From Candidatus Omnitrophota bacterium (lineage in GTDB: Bacteria; Omnitrophota; Gorgyraeia; Ghiorseimicrobiales; Ghiorseimicrobiaceae), in contig JAUXSB010000003.1 in NCBI GenBank assembly GCA_030681595.1, positions 223,207-287,206 of the forward strand: a stretch of DNA of 64,000 nucleotides. The letters run 5' to 3'. Positions 8,855-18,267 of the stretch are shown here, one piece after another; position 1 is the first letter of the stretch, and each line of letters opens with the position of its first letter. A program made the translations under genes and the position numbers. The notes beneath the pieces are model-generated. The model was not told the origin of the DNA and ran no database searches. It saw nothing but the letters and a program-made list of their open reading frames with translations.

Positions 8855-11038
8855 TCAGATCAAAGACGGTAAACTAAGTGCTGGATGAGCGGTTTTCTCT
8901 AAATAAGCAAGGAGTTCTTCACTGGTAGTAGCAACGGTTTCATCAGCGATTTTATCCACGAAATCAGGAATACCTATTTCTTCCGAGCGTTTCTTTAACT
9001 TATCCGCCAGCACTTCCTTTAACTCTTTAGGCATCCAGACCAAACGCGCCAGCCCCCCTTCAGAAGATATAAACTTCTTGCTAACAATATAAAGTTTACC
9101 GACGCCTAAAAATCCCGGCGTCTGGACCCCTCCGCCGACAGATCCGGCTAAAGTAGTAAAAGTCATCCCGGAAGGGGTCATTCCGGAATAATCACGGTGC
9201 ACTACCATCACGCCGTTTACTTCCGGAATAATCGCTAAGATGCACTCAAAACATCCGCAAGACGTCTGAGGTGAATCCATAATTGAATACATGCTTACCT
9301 GATTTATTGTTTTATTGGACTTCTGGTTAAAAAAATCATTAACACTCTTCCACTGTCCCAATCTTTCATCTATAGGGCTGGCTTTTTTAATCGGCTGGTT
9401 TGGCCCCGAAGGCATAATCTCATAAGATGCCTTGCCGTCCAGCCAAGAATATGCCCCGCATAAACCTAGCCGCTCCGGAGTTATTACGCAGACATGGTTG
9501 GGGGCAAATGACTGGCAAAGCGTGCAGGAGTAAAAAGTATCCACGCTTTCATCGGTCATTCCCATTAGCCGCTCATCGCGCTCGGCATACGCCTCTTTTG
9601 CCTCGCTAATCAAACGTTCCACATCTTCTTGTTTTGTGTAGAGATTTACGCTCACCTTATCTACTATCGCGCTATATTCTTCATGGAGTTTGGCGTGGAG
9701 AATTGTTCCAATATGTTTTAGGCGGAATCCTTTATTAGCCGCGTCTTGGCTGATGCGAACCCAGTTCATATCGCGCTGGCCTACATGCATTAGCCCCATA
9801 GCGCAGTTAACGTAATGATGAATCTGGCGCTCTAAAATAGGTTCAAAATCCTTCTGCATTTTGCGCCCGGCAACATCTACAATTATTGCCAGCGGCATAG
9901 ACTTAGAACCCTGCGGCAGGTTATCGATATCCGGCCCTATTACTTCTATCTGTCCGTCATTAACTTTATCCAGGCTTGAACTTTTTAGATACTCAAAAGC
10001 AAGCGATGACTTCGAACCAAACTCGGCAAACAGCTGCTCTTTTCTAACACGTTCTCCTTCAAACGCAGCCCCGTATAAAACAGGAATAGGTATACTCGAT
10101 ACTTTTACTTTTACACCACGGACCTCTATGCACCTGGGCACAATTTTTTTATAATCCAACTCTTTAACTAAGGCCTCATAAGTGGTCACACCGGTCGGAT
10201 GGATTTCGGGGATATCCGTGTCAGCAATTACAGGGAAACCCATGTTTATTGCGCCTGCCCCTGTGGCGTATTTTTCATCATCGACTAAACCCAAAGTAAG
10301 GCCAAAAGCAAATACCCTTTCCTTGCAATACAATAAGCACTTCTTGGCATCACCGGGCTTAAGCCCGCCGAAGGTAAGCGCAGACCTTATCGCCCAGTTT
10401 AAAGGATAAATCGCAGAAATTGTATCACGGCCATAAGGAACAATATAGTTATCCCAACCCATCTGCACATCTTCTTCTTTCAACTGGTCGACTATTGAAC
10501 GCCCATTGGTAGATGAACCCACAAAAATTAAAATATTTCTTTCCTGAAGTTGGCGGATTATATCAAGGGCAACCTGGTTACTGGGGGCAGCCCCCAAAAT
10601 TGCGGCGAAACCCGGCATGCGGCCATCTACAAGCTGAATACCCAATGAACGCATAATCGTATCCGTAAAAAAACCATTGCAATCTGGCTGGGGTTCAGTC
10701 CTATAAAGATAACGTATGCCCACGATTATTTCCTCGGCCAATAAAGTGGATATCCCGGCATCTAAGGCATCCCCCAGATAAGGCAGCCAAAGCTTATCCG
10801 AAGGGATATTCTGCGGTAAGAGCTTCTTGGTATATTCGAGAATTCTCTTAGCATCTCCCAATGTCCTTACCTCTGCCGCCAAAAGAGCATTGGCCATGGG
10901 GAAATAAAAGGCGGTTTCCGGAAACTCAACCTTCTGTGACTCCCCCTTATCGGAAATAGCTTTGATTAAATCTTCTTCTGCCTGCCTAACTATTTTTTGT
11001 GCCCCACGAATTACTGCCTGCGCGACTATCCTAGACAT
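8855..11038 (-). CDS. acsB: CO dehydrogenase/acetyl-CoA synthase, acetyl-CoA synthase subunit (AcsB/CdhC).
   Basis: 727-aa protein with a CGCFE motif (Cys-Gly-Cys A-cluster ligands). The length and sequence match AcsB, and it sits in a cluster with metF, folD and fhs. Confidence 0.8.
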   Translation of the reverse strand: MSRIVAQAVIRGAQKIVRQAEEDLIKAISDKGESQKVEFPETAFYFPMANALLAAEVRTLGDAKRILEYTKKLLPQNIPSDKLWLPYLGDALDAGISTLLAEEIIVGIRYLYRTEPQPDCNGFFTDTIMRSLGIQLVDGRMPGFAAILGAAPSNQVALDIIRQLQERNILIFVGSSTNGRSIVDQLKEEDVQMGWDNYIVPYGRDTISAIYPLNWAIRSALTFGGLKPGDAKKCLLYCKERVFAFGLTLGLVDDEKYATGAGAINMGFPVIADTDIPEIHPTGVTTYEALVKELDYKKIVPRCIEVRGVKVKVSSIPIPVLYGAAFEGERVRKEQLFAEFGSKSSLAFEYLKSSSLDKVNDGQIEVIGPDIDNLPQGSKSMPLAIIVDVAGRKMQKDFEPILERQIHHYVNCAMGLMHVGQRDMNWVRISQDAANKGFRLKHIGTILHAKLHEEYSAIVDKVSVNLYTKQEDVERLISEAKEAYAERDERLMGMTDESVDTFYSCTLCQSFAPNHVCVITPERLGLCGAYSWLDGKASYEIMPSGPNQPIKKASPIDERLGQWKSVNDFFNQKSNKTINQVSMYSIMDSPQTSCGCFECILAIIPEVNGVMVVHRDYSGMTPSGMTFTTLAGSVGGGVQTPGFLGVGKLYIVSKKFISSEGGLARLVWMPKELKEVLADKLKKRSEEIGIPDFVDKIADETVATTSEELLAYLEKTAHPALSLPSLI

Positions 11039-11059
11039 AACTTACTCCTCTTATAATAA

Positions 11060-12316
11060 TTATAAATAAATTTTTTCTTCTTTTTTTTTAATTAATTCCG
11101 CGATCTTGGCATAACTTAAGTTCGCGTCCAATAAATCATCCTTTATTTTAGAAATATCAGCCTTTTCTTTAATTAATCTTAAATAAAGACCGCTGTTTCT
11201 AATATCCCCCACCAACAAAGCGCCGATTAACCGGCTGCCTTTCAAAACCAATTTTTTATAAAGATTTTTTTCTCTATCCAGAGAGGAAGCCGCCTCTAAT
11301 TCAGTGTCAAAAGCCCCCATAGAAACAAGCGGAAGGCCGAAAAAGTCAACGGAGTTCATCCCTAGCGAACCGGTATATTTAATATTTTCCCCCGCAATAT
11401 TTAAGCCGGCAATCCTTCCCTGCTCTACCGCGCAGGGCCAAAGCGCATTATTCTCGTATTTATCTGCGGTTAAATCAAATGTCTCGGCCACATCACCTGC
11501 GGCATATATATCATTTACGCTTGTACGCATACTTTCGTCAACCAGAATACCTTTGTCTGTCTTAATATCTGTTTCAGAAATTAATTTAATATTAGGCGCT
11601 ACTCCTTTGCCCACAATCACCAAAGAACAACCTATTGCTTTTCCGCTATCAAGCTTTACCGCCCTTAAATCTCCATTTCCGATAATTTCAGAAATATCCG
11701 TATTCAACATTACTTCAATACCATTCTTCTGAAAACAGTTCAAGAATAATTCTGAAGCCGTCTTATCGGCAATCTGGGATAAAATCCTGCCTGATTTAAC
11801 AATTACTTTTACGTCAAGCTTGCGCTTATTTAAGCCATAAGCTGCCTTTAAACCTATTAACCCGCCGCCCAAAACACAAGAAGTATGCGAAATAGATGCG
11901 ATGGTAATAATTTCTTTTGTGTCTTTAATAGTACGAAAACCGAAGACTCCTCTTTTAGTTACACCTTTTAATTCCTTGGGTATTTTAGGCGATGAGCCAG
12001 TAGCGATAATTAGGCTATCATAACTAATTTGCGATTTATCCTCTAAAATGATTCTTTTCTTCTTGCTATCGACACGCTCTACTTTTTTTTCCAAGAGAAG
12101 CTCAACATTATTGTCTTTATAAAATTTGGCATCGCGGTAAGTTAAATCTTTCTCTGCTACCGTTCCGGATAAATAATTAGAAATTAAACACCGGCAATAG
12201 GCTAAATACGCCTCGTCAGAAATCACCGTGATTTTACTTTCACGGTCTCTTGAACGTATCCCCTCGATTGCCGCAACCCCTGCCGCAGAATTACCGATAA
12301 TAACGATATTTTTCAT
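11060..12316 (-). CDS. FAD/NAD(P)-binding pyridine nucleotide-disulfide oxidoreductase family protein.
   Basis: 418-aa protein with an N-terminal GxGxAG dinucleotide-binding motif (IIGNSAAG) and a second Rossmann motif (VLGGGLIG). It lies between the metV-like gene and acsB. Confidence 0.7.
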   Translation of the reverse strand: MKNIVIIGNSAAGVAAIEGIRSRDRESKITVISDEAYLAYCRCLISNYLSGTVAEKDLTYRDAKFYKDNNVELLLEKKVERVDSKKKRIILEDKSQISYDSLIIATGSSPKIPKELKGVTKRGVFGFRTIKDTKEIITIASISHTSCVLGGGLIGLKAAYGLNKRKLDVKVIVKSGRILSQIADKTASELFLNCFQKNGIEVMLNTDISEIIGNGDLRAVKLDSGKAIGCSLVIVGKGVAPNIKLISETDIKTDKGILVDESMRTSVNDIYAAGDVAETFDLTADKYENNALWPCAVEQGRIAGLNIAGENIKYTGSLGMNSVDFFGLPLVSMGAFDTELEAASSLDREKNLYKKLVLKGSRLIGALLVGDIRNSGLYLRLIKEKADISKIKDDLLDANLSYAKIAELIKKKEEKIYL

Positions 12317-12325
12317 ATTGATTGA

Positions 12326-12811
12326 TTACAGCGATTTTTTACTGGATTTTTTATCCGCCAATATTTTATCATATTCTTCTTCTTCCAGATACATAATTGC
12401 GCCCACAGGGCAGGCCTTAATACAACGCGGCTCATCCACATCCGCGCATAAATCGCATCTTATGGGGATTTTAAGTTTTTTATTATCCCTAATTGCCCCG
12501 TAGGGACAAACCATCACGCACATCCAACAGCCGATACACCTGTCTTTATCATGGATTACCCGTTTTTTATTCTCGTCATAAGTTAACGCCTTGGCAATAC
12601 AGGCATCCACACAAGGATGCGTTTTGCAATGACGGCAGGCAATAGGGAAATTTTTACCTTGCGTTGTTTTAACAATAACGCAGGAGCGCGGTTTTATCTC
12701 TTCGCCAACCGCCTTAAATAAATCCTTTGATGCGCTTTTACCTGTAGCACAGGCAATCTCACAGGATTTACAGGCTAAACACTTAGAAACATCATAGTAT
12801 AATTTTTTCAT
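12326..12811 (-). CDS. 4Fe-4S ferredoxin-domain protein (MetV-like partner of MetF).
   Basis: 161-aa protein with multiple CxxCxxCxxxCP clusters, located immediately downstream of metF. Confidence 0.6.
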   Translation of the reverse strand: MKKLYYDVSKCLACKSCEIACATGKSASKDLFKAVGEEIKPRSCVIVKTTQGKNFPIACRHCKTHPCVDACIAKALTYDENKKRVIHDKDRCIGCWMCVMVCPYGAIRDNKKLKIPIRCDLCADVDEPRCIKACPVGAIMYLEEEEYDKILADKKSSKKSL

Positions 12812-12944
12812 TAATTAAATACCCAATCACCAATTACCAATTACCAAATCCCAATTAATTCCCACATTGTTCAATTTCCAATTTTTTTATATTGGTCATT
12901 GGTAATTTATTTAACATTGGCAATTGGGCATTGATCATTTTTAG
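12812..12944 (-). promoter_or_regulatory. L4 CCAAT/ATTGG-array leader upstream of the metV-like ferredoxin gene.
   Basis: Sense: CCCAATTGCCAATGTTAAATAAATTACCAATGACCAAT...AATTGGAAATTGAACAATGTGGGAATTAATTGGGATTTGGTAATTGGTAATTGGTGATTGGGTATTTAATTA-ATG. Confidence 0.45.
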
Positions 12945-13814
12945 TTACAGCCCTGCCGCATCTAAAACTAAAGACACCTTCTTATCCCAGCCAATAGACA
13001 TTATATGTATGCCTTGGCATAGCGGTTTTAATTCTTTAATCAAACGCGCGGCAATTTCAACGGATTTTGCGGCTTTATCCTTTGCCTCTTCCATTTCTTT
13101 AATTAAGTTATCCGGGACATGCACACCGGCGACATTAGAATTCATAAAACGCGCCATCCCGGCGGATTTTAAAAGCACAATCCCGGCAAATATCGGCACG
13201 CCAAAATCTTTAACTATCGACATAAACCTGGCAAATTTATCTACTTCATAGATTGCCTGTGTCTGAAAAAATTCAGCGCCCGCATCTATCTTCTTCTGCA
13301 TCTTTAAAATCTGCGGCTCAAGCGGCTCAGCCCCCGGATTAACTACCGCGCCCTTAAAAAATTTAGGCAATGTTCCTTGTAGTTTTTTACCTGCCATATC
13401 CACGCCTTGCTCTAAACCCTTGACTGCTTCCAATAACTGCACCGAATCAATATCAAATACGGCCTTTGCCTGCGGATGGTCACCTAAAGAGGGGTGGTCT
13501 CCGGTTAAAAGTAAAAGATTTTCTATGCCTAATGCCGCGGCCGATAAAATATCCGACTGAAGCGCAAGACGATTCCTGTCCCGGCAAGTTACCTGATACA
13601 CCGGCTCAAATCCATGCTGCTTTAATATACCGGAAACTACCAAAGAACCCAGCCGCATAACTGAACTCTGCAAATCAGTAACATTTATCGCATCAACTCT
13701 ATTTTTAATCAGCTCACAGTCTTCTAAAATAGTCTTGGTCTCAATGCCCTTTGGCGGGCCGACCTCATCTGTCACAATAAACTTCTTTGCCAAAACCTTC
13801 TCTTTAAATGTCAT
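12945..13814 (-). CDS. metF: 5,10-methylenetetrahydrofolate reductase.
   Basis: 289-aa protein with the MetF family fold sequence (LLLTGDHP motif region), in Wood-Ljungdahl methyl-branch context. Confidence 0.85.
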   Translation of the reverse strand: MTFKEKVLAKKFIVTDEVGPPKGIETKTILEDCELIKNRVDAINVTDLQSSVMRLGSLVVSGILKQHGFEPVYQVTCRDRNRLALQSDILSAAALGIENLLLLTGDHPSLGDHPQAKAVFDIDSVQLLEAVKGLEQGVDMAGKKLQGTLPKFFKGAVVNPGAEPLEPQILKMQKKIDAGAEFFQTQAIYEVDKFARFMSIVKDFGVPIFAGIVLLKSAGMARFMNSNVAGVHVPDNLIKEMEEAKDKAAKSVEIAARLIKELKPLCQGIHIMSIGWDKKVSLVLDAAGL

Positions 13815-13853
13815 CTTATCCTCTGTTTAATTTTATCTTTTTTAATACATGCT

Positions 13854-14120
13854 AAATGAATCCGGTGAATTTTGGAGCGCCCGCCACACTAATTGTCGGG
13901 CAGGAATTGACGATTTTACCTAGCCTCCCCGGAATACTTTATGGTTTTGATTGAAAGCGCATTAGAAAACTTTTGGCAAATGCCAGCCCGACTTAAGTCT
14001 GGCGGGTCTGCAAAGTGTTACGACGAGTGAATGACGAAACTGACCGAAGGGAATTTCGTCAAATGAACGAATCGTAAACTGTAACAAACGGCAAAAGATT
14101 TCAGCGCCGAAAGCGAAACC
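13854..14120. ncRNA. R1 copy A: structured multicopy intergenic element (5' box, variable region and a core of ~130 nt), upstream of metF.
   Basis: The 5' box AAATGAATCCGGTGAATTTTGGAGC is followed by the core GCATTAGAAA...GATTTCAGCGCC. The core is homologous to copies B and C, with compensatory changes in stems. It also carries an inserted 28-nt palindrome (GCCAGCCCGACTTAAGTCTGGCGGG). Confidence 0.5.
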
Positions 14121-14139
14121 ATAAAGTATTATACCTGCC

Positions 14140-14469
14140 TCACCATTTTCTAAATATAACAAACACTGCCGCAATAATCAATAAAAAACCAACTAAATAA
14201 TTCCATTTAAACCCTTCTTTAAGATAAAAAATTGAGAAAATAGTAAAAATAACTAAAGTTATAACTTCCTGTATGGTTTTAAGCTGTGCGGTAGTAAATT
14301 GATATGAACCGATTCTGTTAGCCGGGACCTGAAAGCAATATTCCATACTGGCAATCAGCCAACTGACTAAAACCGCAATCCAAAGCGGTGAATTTCTATA
14401 TTTTAAATGCCCGTACCAAGCAAAGGTCATAAAGATATTAGATATTGTCAAAAGAATAATGGCCTTCAT
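14140..14469 (-). CDS. Small integral membrane protein (DMT-like / DUF486-like).
   Basis: 109-aa protein with four predicted hydrophobic helices. It overlaps the upstream gene by 4 nt. Confidence 0.4.
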   Translation of the reverse strand: MKAIILLTISNIFMTFAWYGHLKYRNSPLWIAVLVSWLIASMEYCFQVPANRIGSYQFTTAQLKTIQEVITLVIFTIFSIFYLKEGFKWNYLVGFLLIIAAVFVIFRKW

Positions 14470-14990
14470 TTAAAATCTTCAAATGCTTTTTTGATCCTAG
14501 ACAGTACGCTCTCGTCTATTCTAACTTTATATGGAGCTAACGCTCCGGGCACTAACTTTACGTCGTAATATGCAATCTCTAGGATAAATGGCGCGCTTAA
14601 AAAGTAATTCTTTTGAAAATACGGCGAGGTATCTTCATGGGCGCGCTTTTTACGCCGTCCTTCGAATGCGGTTAAATTTTGATATGCCTCTTGGGCCAGT
14701 GTATTATTCGCGTACCTGTTTATTCCAATTTTTACACCTTCAACAATCTTCTTTTTCCGTTCAACCGGCGCTTTTTTACCGGCCTTAAAACCCATAGCCG
14801 TAAACATATTTTTTGCGCCTTCTACTACTTGTTTTTCTTCTTTGGTTAAAACTGGTGGTTCTTCTACAGACAACCCATGATTTTTAAAATGAAGTAGCAA
14901 ATCATCTATGTTTTTAGTTTTTCCGCAGCCTAAAATAAAAAGAAAACCTAAGCTTAATAAAATGCTTATTTTAAAAATATTCTTTAGCAT
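14466..14990 (-). CDS. Hypothetical lipoprotein.
   Basis: 174-aa protein with a signal peptide and lipobox (LGC) and a lysine-rich region. It has no recognisable catalytic motif. Confidence 0.4.
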   Translation of the reverse strand: MLKNIFKISILLSLGFLFILGCGKTKNIDDLLLHFKNHGLSVEEPPVLTKEEKQVVEGAKNMFTAMGFKAGKKAPVERKKKIVEGVKIGINRYANNTLAQEAYQNLTAFEGRRKKRAHEDTSPYFQKNYFLSAPFILEIAYYDVKLVPGALAPYKVRIDESVLSRIKKAFEDFK

Positions 14991-14995
14991 AAATT

Positions 14996-15841
14996 TTATC
15001 GTTGTATTTTCGCCGCTTCAACTAAGTTACGCATTAAAAGTGTTACAGTAAGGGGACCGACGCCGCCGGGGACAGGGGTTATATACGAAGCACGCGCTGA
15101 AGCGCCTTCAAACTCCACATCACCGACAATTTTATCATTGACGCGGTTTATACCCACATCTATAACTATCGCACCTTCTTTTACCCATTCGCCTTTAATG
15201 AGGCCTACGCGTCCAACTGCCACGATTAAAATTTCTGCCTTTCTAACGTGTTCTTCTAATTTTCCGGCCTTGGAAGTTCCGATATGACATACTGTTACGG
15301 TAGCAAATTGCTCAAGTAATAAAAGCGCAAGCGGCTTGCCTACAATTTCGCTGTGCCCTACAACAACTACTTCTTTTCCGTATAAATCTACCCCGCTTGC
15401 CTTAATTAACTCCATACAAGATGCCGCGGTACAGGGCGCTATTTTGGCTTTACCGAATAAAATTTTTCCGATATTTTGCGGATGCATCCCCTCTATATCT
15501 TTTTCGGGTGCGATAAACTGGCTAATTTTCTTATAATCTATCTGTGCCGGAAGCGGCATCTGGATAATTATCCCGTTTACATTTTTATCTGCGTTTAATT
15601 TCTGGATAAATTCGATTAGGCCGCTTTCTGAAATATTTGATTCCAGTTTATGAAACTGGTAATCAATACCTAACGCCTCAGCAGTTTTTTTCTGGGATTT
15701 AACATAGGCCTCGGCTCCGGCATTATCCCCAGCAAGGATACTGGCTAAAACCAGTTTTCTACCCAAGGCTTCGATTTCTTTTTTTATTTCTTCTTTAATT
15801 TTCTCGGCTATCGGTTTTCCTTCTAATAATTTTGCAGGCAT
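14996..15841 (-). CDS. folD: Bifunctional methylene-THF dehydrogenase / methenyl-THF cyclohydrolase.
   Basis: 281-aa protein with FolD family motifs (GKxVVVVGxSxIVGKP, VPGGVGPxT). Confidence 0.95.
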   Translation of the reverse strand: MPAKLLEGKPIAEKIKEEIKKEIEALGRKLVLASILAGDNAGAEAYVKSQKKTAEALGIDYQFHKLESNISESGLIEFIQKLNADKNVNGIIIQMPLPAQIDYKKISQFIAPEKDIEGMHPQNIGKILFGKAKIAPCTAASCMELIKASGVDLYGKEVVVVGHSEIVGKPLALLLLEQFATVTVCHIGTSKAGKLEEHVRKAEILIVAVGRVGLIKGEWVKEGAIVIDVGINRVNDKIVGDVEFEGASARASYITPVPGGVGPLTVTLLMRNLVEAAKIQR

Positions 15842-15898
15842 GCTTACTCCTTGTCAGCAAGACAACACTCGCGCAATTCCGCTTAGCGCGGGGTGTCG
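15842..15898 (-). promoter_or_regulatory. L2 leader repeat immediately upstream of the folD start.
   Basis: Sense: GACACCCCGCGCTAAGCGGAATTGCGCGAGTGTTGTCTTGCTGACAAGGAGTAAGC-ATG. It overlaps the last 6 codons of fchA. Confidence 0.55.
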
Positions 15899-16422
15899 AT
15901 ATTAACCAGCGCCGAATTAAACCCCGCGCTCAAAAGTTCCGCCCCGGCTAAAACATCATTTATCAAATACGTATTGCCCTTCTCTGCCAAAGCCGGACAA
16001 AACTGCAGGGCTTTATAGCAAAGAATAGAAATTTCCTTAACTATCTTTTGGGATTCTTTTTTGGCGGCTGCCTTTATTCTTTTATCACTTGTCCCGGCAT
16101 ATTTAGAATAGACGATAACATCCAAATCCACTAACTCTAAAAATCTCGCTCGAAAACTCTCCGTCTTAGAAAGTATCCGCTTAATTTCTTTTTCGTATTT
16201 TTTATATTTTTCTTTGCCTAATGTGAAATTGGCCACCATCGACAAAAGCGCGCATCCCAAAGCGCCGGAAAGTGCCGCGACACTACCTCCACCGGGAGCA
16301 GGTTTTTTGGCGGCTAAATCATCAAGATATTTTTTAATAGATTGATTTTTATATAACATTTTGTTAGATATATGCTGTGTCATTTGAGCGAATTGCAATT
16401 TTAGCCAAGCACGCACAGGCAT
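15883..16422 (-). CDS. fchA: Methenyl-THF cyclohydrolase / formiminotransferase-cyclodeaminase-type protein (FchA-like).
   Basis: Cyclodeaminase/cyclohydrolase family sequence (KKPAPGGGSVAALSGALG). The true start may be the internal Met (MLYKNQ...) at ~16359. The 3' end overlaps a copy of the L2 leader repeat. Confidence 0.7.
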   Translation of the reverse strand: MPVRAWLKLQFAQMTQHISNKMLYKNQSIKKYLDDLAAKKPAPGGGSVAALSGALGCALLSMVANFTLGKEKYKKYEKEIKRILSKTESFRARFLELVDLDVIVYSKYAGTSDKRIKAAAKKESQKIVKEISILCYKALQFCPALAEKGNTYLINDVLAGAELLSAGFNSALVNIDTPR

Positions 16423-16466
16423 TTTAAGGTATCCCGCTCAAAGAGCGGGACGCCGAGTATGTTTGA

Positions 16467-16494
16467 CCCCACACCCAGTGTACTGGGTGTGGGG
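16467..16494 (-). terminator. Hairpin in the fhs-fchA spacer.
   Basis: CCCCACACCCAGT-GTA-CTGGGTGTGGGG forms a perfect 12-bp stem. A second hairpin, CCCGCTCAAAGAGCGGG, lies at ~16433-16449. Confidence 0.4.
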
Positions 16495-16572
16495 GAATTA
16501 CGCAGGCGCTTAAAATGCCGAGAACTTGGCGTATAAAAATTGCACCTGAACGAAAAGGATACAGCATATATC

Positions 16573-18267
16573 TTACGATAACCCCACTATCTTGCCGTCT
16601 CCATCAATATCTATCTTTGTGCCTGCCGGAATAGAGGGTAACCCCGGCATGGTACGCATATCGCCTAATAAGGCGTATAAAAATCCGGCACCCGCGGATA
16701 CTTTTATTTCGCGGATTGGCACGATGAAATCTTTAGGCCTGCCCTTTAATTCCGGGTCATGCGAAAGCGATAAATGCGTCTTAGCCATACATAAAGGAAG
16801 CTCGTTAAAACCTAATTTATTAAACTCTTCTATCTGCTCTTTAGCAAGCGGCGAAATATTAATATCCTTTGCCCCGTAAATCTTTGTGGCAATCGCATAC
16901 ATCTTCTCTTCAATCGCACTATCTAATTCATAGAGGAACTTAAAATTAGATTTCTTCTTTGAAACCTCAACCACTTTTTCGGCCAATGCCTCGCCGCCTT
17001 TTGAACCCTTAGCGAATAAATCGCTGACAATCGCATCTTCGGCTCCGGCATTTTTGGCAATCTCTTTAATTAAGACGATTTCTTTATCCGTGTCAGAAGA
17101 AAATCTGTTAATCGCCACCACCACCGGGATACCAAAAATCTTAATATTCTCAATCTGTTTTTCTAAGTTTGCGGCACCCTCTCTAATCGCGGGCAAATTC
17201 TCGCGCAATAATCCCTCATCAAGCGGTTTTCCCGGTTTAACCGTAAATTTGCCTGAATGCATTTTTAAAGCGCGTACGGTACAGACTAAAACTGCCGCAT
17301 CAGGCGCCAGGCCGCTTACCCGGCATTTAATATCAAAAAATTTCTCTGCCCCGCAGTCCGCGCCAAAGCCTGCTTCGGTAACCACGAAATCAGAAAGCCT
17401 TACCGCAATTTTATCGGCAATGATTGAGCTATTTCCATGGGCGATATTGGCAAAAGGCCCGGCATGCACAAAACACGGCGTGTTGTCCAATGTCTGCATT
17501 AAAGTCGGATGTATAGCGTCTTTTAGAAGCGCTGCCATTGAACCGGCAACCTTTAAATCTTCGGTTGTAATATATTTCCCGTCAAAAGTCTTGGCTAACA
17601 CAATTTTTCCGAGGCGGTTGCGTAAGTCCTGTAAATCGCTAGACAGCGCTAAAATTGCCATTATTTCGCTGGCAACAGTAATATCAAAGCCAGTCTCTCT
17701 GGGATAAACCCCGTCTACCTTATCGTCTAAACCAACACTAATCTTGCGTAATGAGCGGTCACTTACATCTAAAACCCTGCGCCAAAAAATGGCTTTAGGA
17801 TCAATATTTAGTTTTTTCCTGAATAAAGCGTTTTCTAAAAAAGCGGCGCATAAATTATGCGCCAATCCCACAGCATGCACATCACCGGTTAAATGCAGGT
17901 TAAAATCTTCCATCGGCACTACCTGCGAATATCCGCCGCCGGCAGCCCCGCCTTTTATACCAAAGACAGGGCCAAGAGACGGCTGCCTAATGCAAGTAAT
18001 AGTTTTTTTACCGATTCTATTTAACGCCATTGACAGGCCAATAGTAGTTACGGTTTTACCCTCACCCAAAGGCGTAGGCGTCATTGCCGTAACTAAAATA
18101 TACTTTGCCTGCTTTTTTGACTTTAACTTTTTTAACACAGACGGCAAAACTTTTGCTTTGTGCTTACCGTATAGCTCTAAATCAGCCTCTTTAATCCCGA
18201 TAGAGGCGGCTATTTTTTGTATAGGTTTTAATTTTGCGGCTTGAGCTATTTCGATATCTGAAAGCAT
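16573..18267 (-). CDS. fhs: Formate--tetrahydrofolate ligase.
   Basis: 564-aa protein that matches the Fhs family over its full length (TPTPLGEGKTTTTIGL P-loop). Confidence 0.95.
   Translation of the reverse strand: MLSDIEIAQAAKLKPIQKIAASIGIKEADLELYGKHKAKVLPSVLKKLKSKKQAKYILVTAMTPTPLGEGKTVTTIGLSMALNRIGKKTITCIRQPSLGPVFGIKGGAAGGGYSQVVPMEDFNLHLTGDVHAVGLAHNLCAAFLENALFRKKLNIDPKAIFWRRVLDVSDRSLRKISVGLDDKVDGVYPRETGFDITVASEIMAILALSSDLQDLRNRLGKIVLAKTFDGKYITTEDLKVAGSMAALLKDAIHPTLMQTLDNTPCFVHAGPFANIAHGNSSIIADKIAVRLSDFVVTEAGFGADCGAEKFFDIKCRVSGLAPDAAVLVCTVRALKMHSGKFTVKPGKPLDEGLLRENLPAIREGAANLEKQIENIKIFGIPVVVAINRFSSDTDKEIVLIKEIAKNAGAEDAIVSDLFAKGSKGGEALAEKVVEVSKKKSNFKFLYELDSAIEEKMYAIATKIYGAKDINISPLAKEQIEEFNKLGFNELPLCMAKTHLSLSHDPELKGRPKDFIVPIREIKVSAGAGFLYALLGDMRTMPGLPSIPAGTKIDIDGDGKIVGLS

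Noticed and set aside
13962-14174. ORFs 13962-14174(-), 26962-27195(+) and 30091-30288(-) as small protein genes.
   Set aside because: They overlay the three R1 repeat copies. They lie on different strands and in different frames relative to the conserved sequence, so the nucleotide conservation is not protein-driven. They have no RBS.
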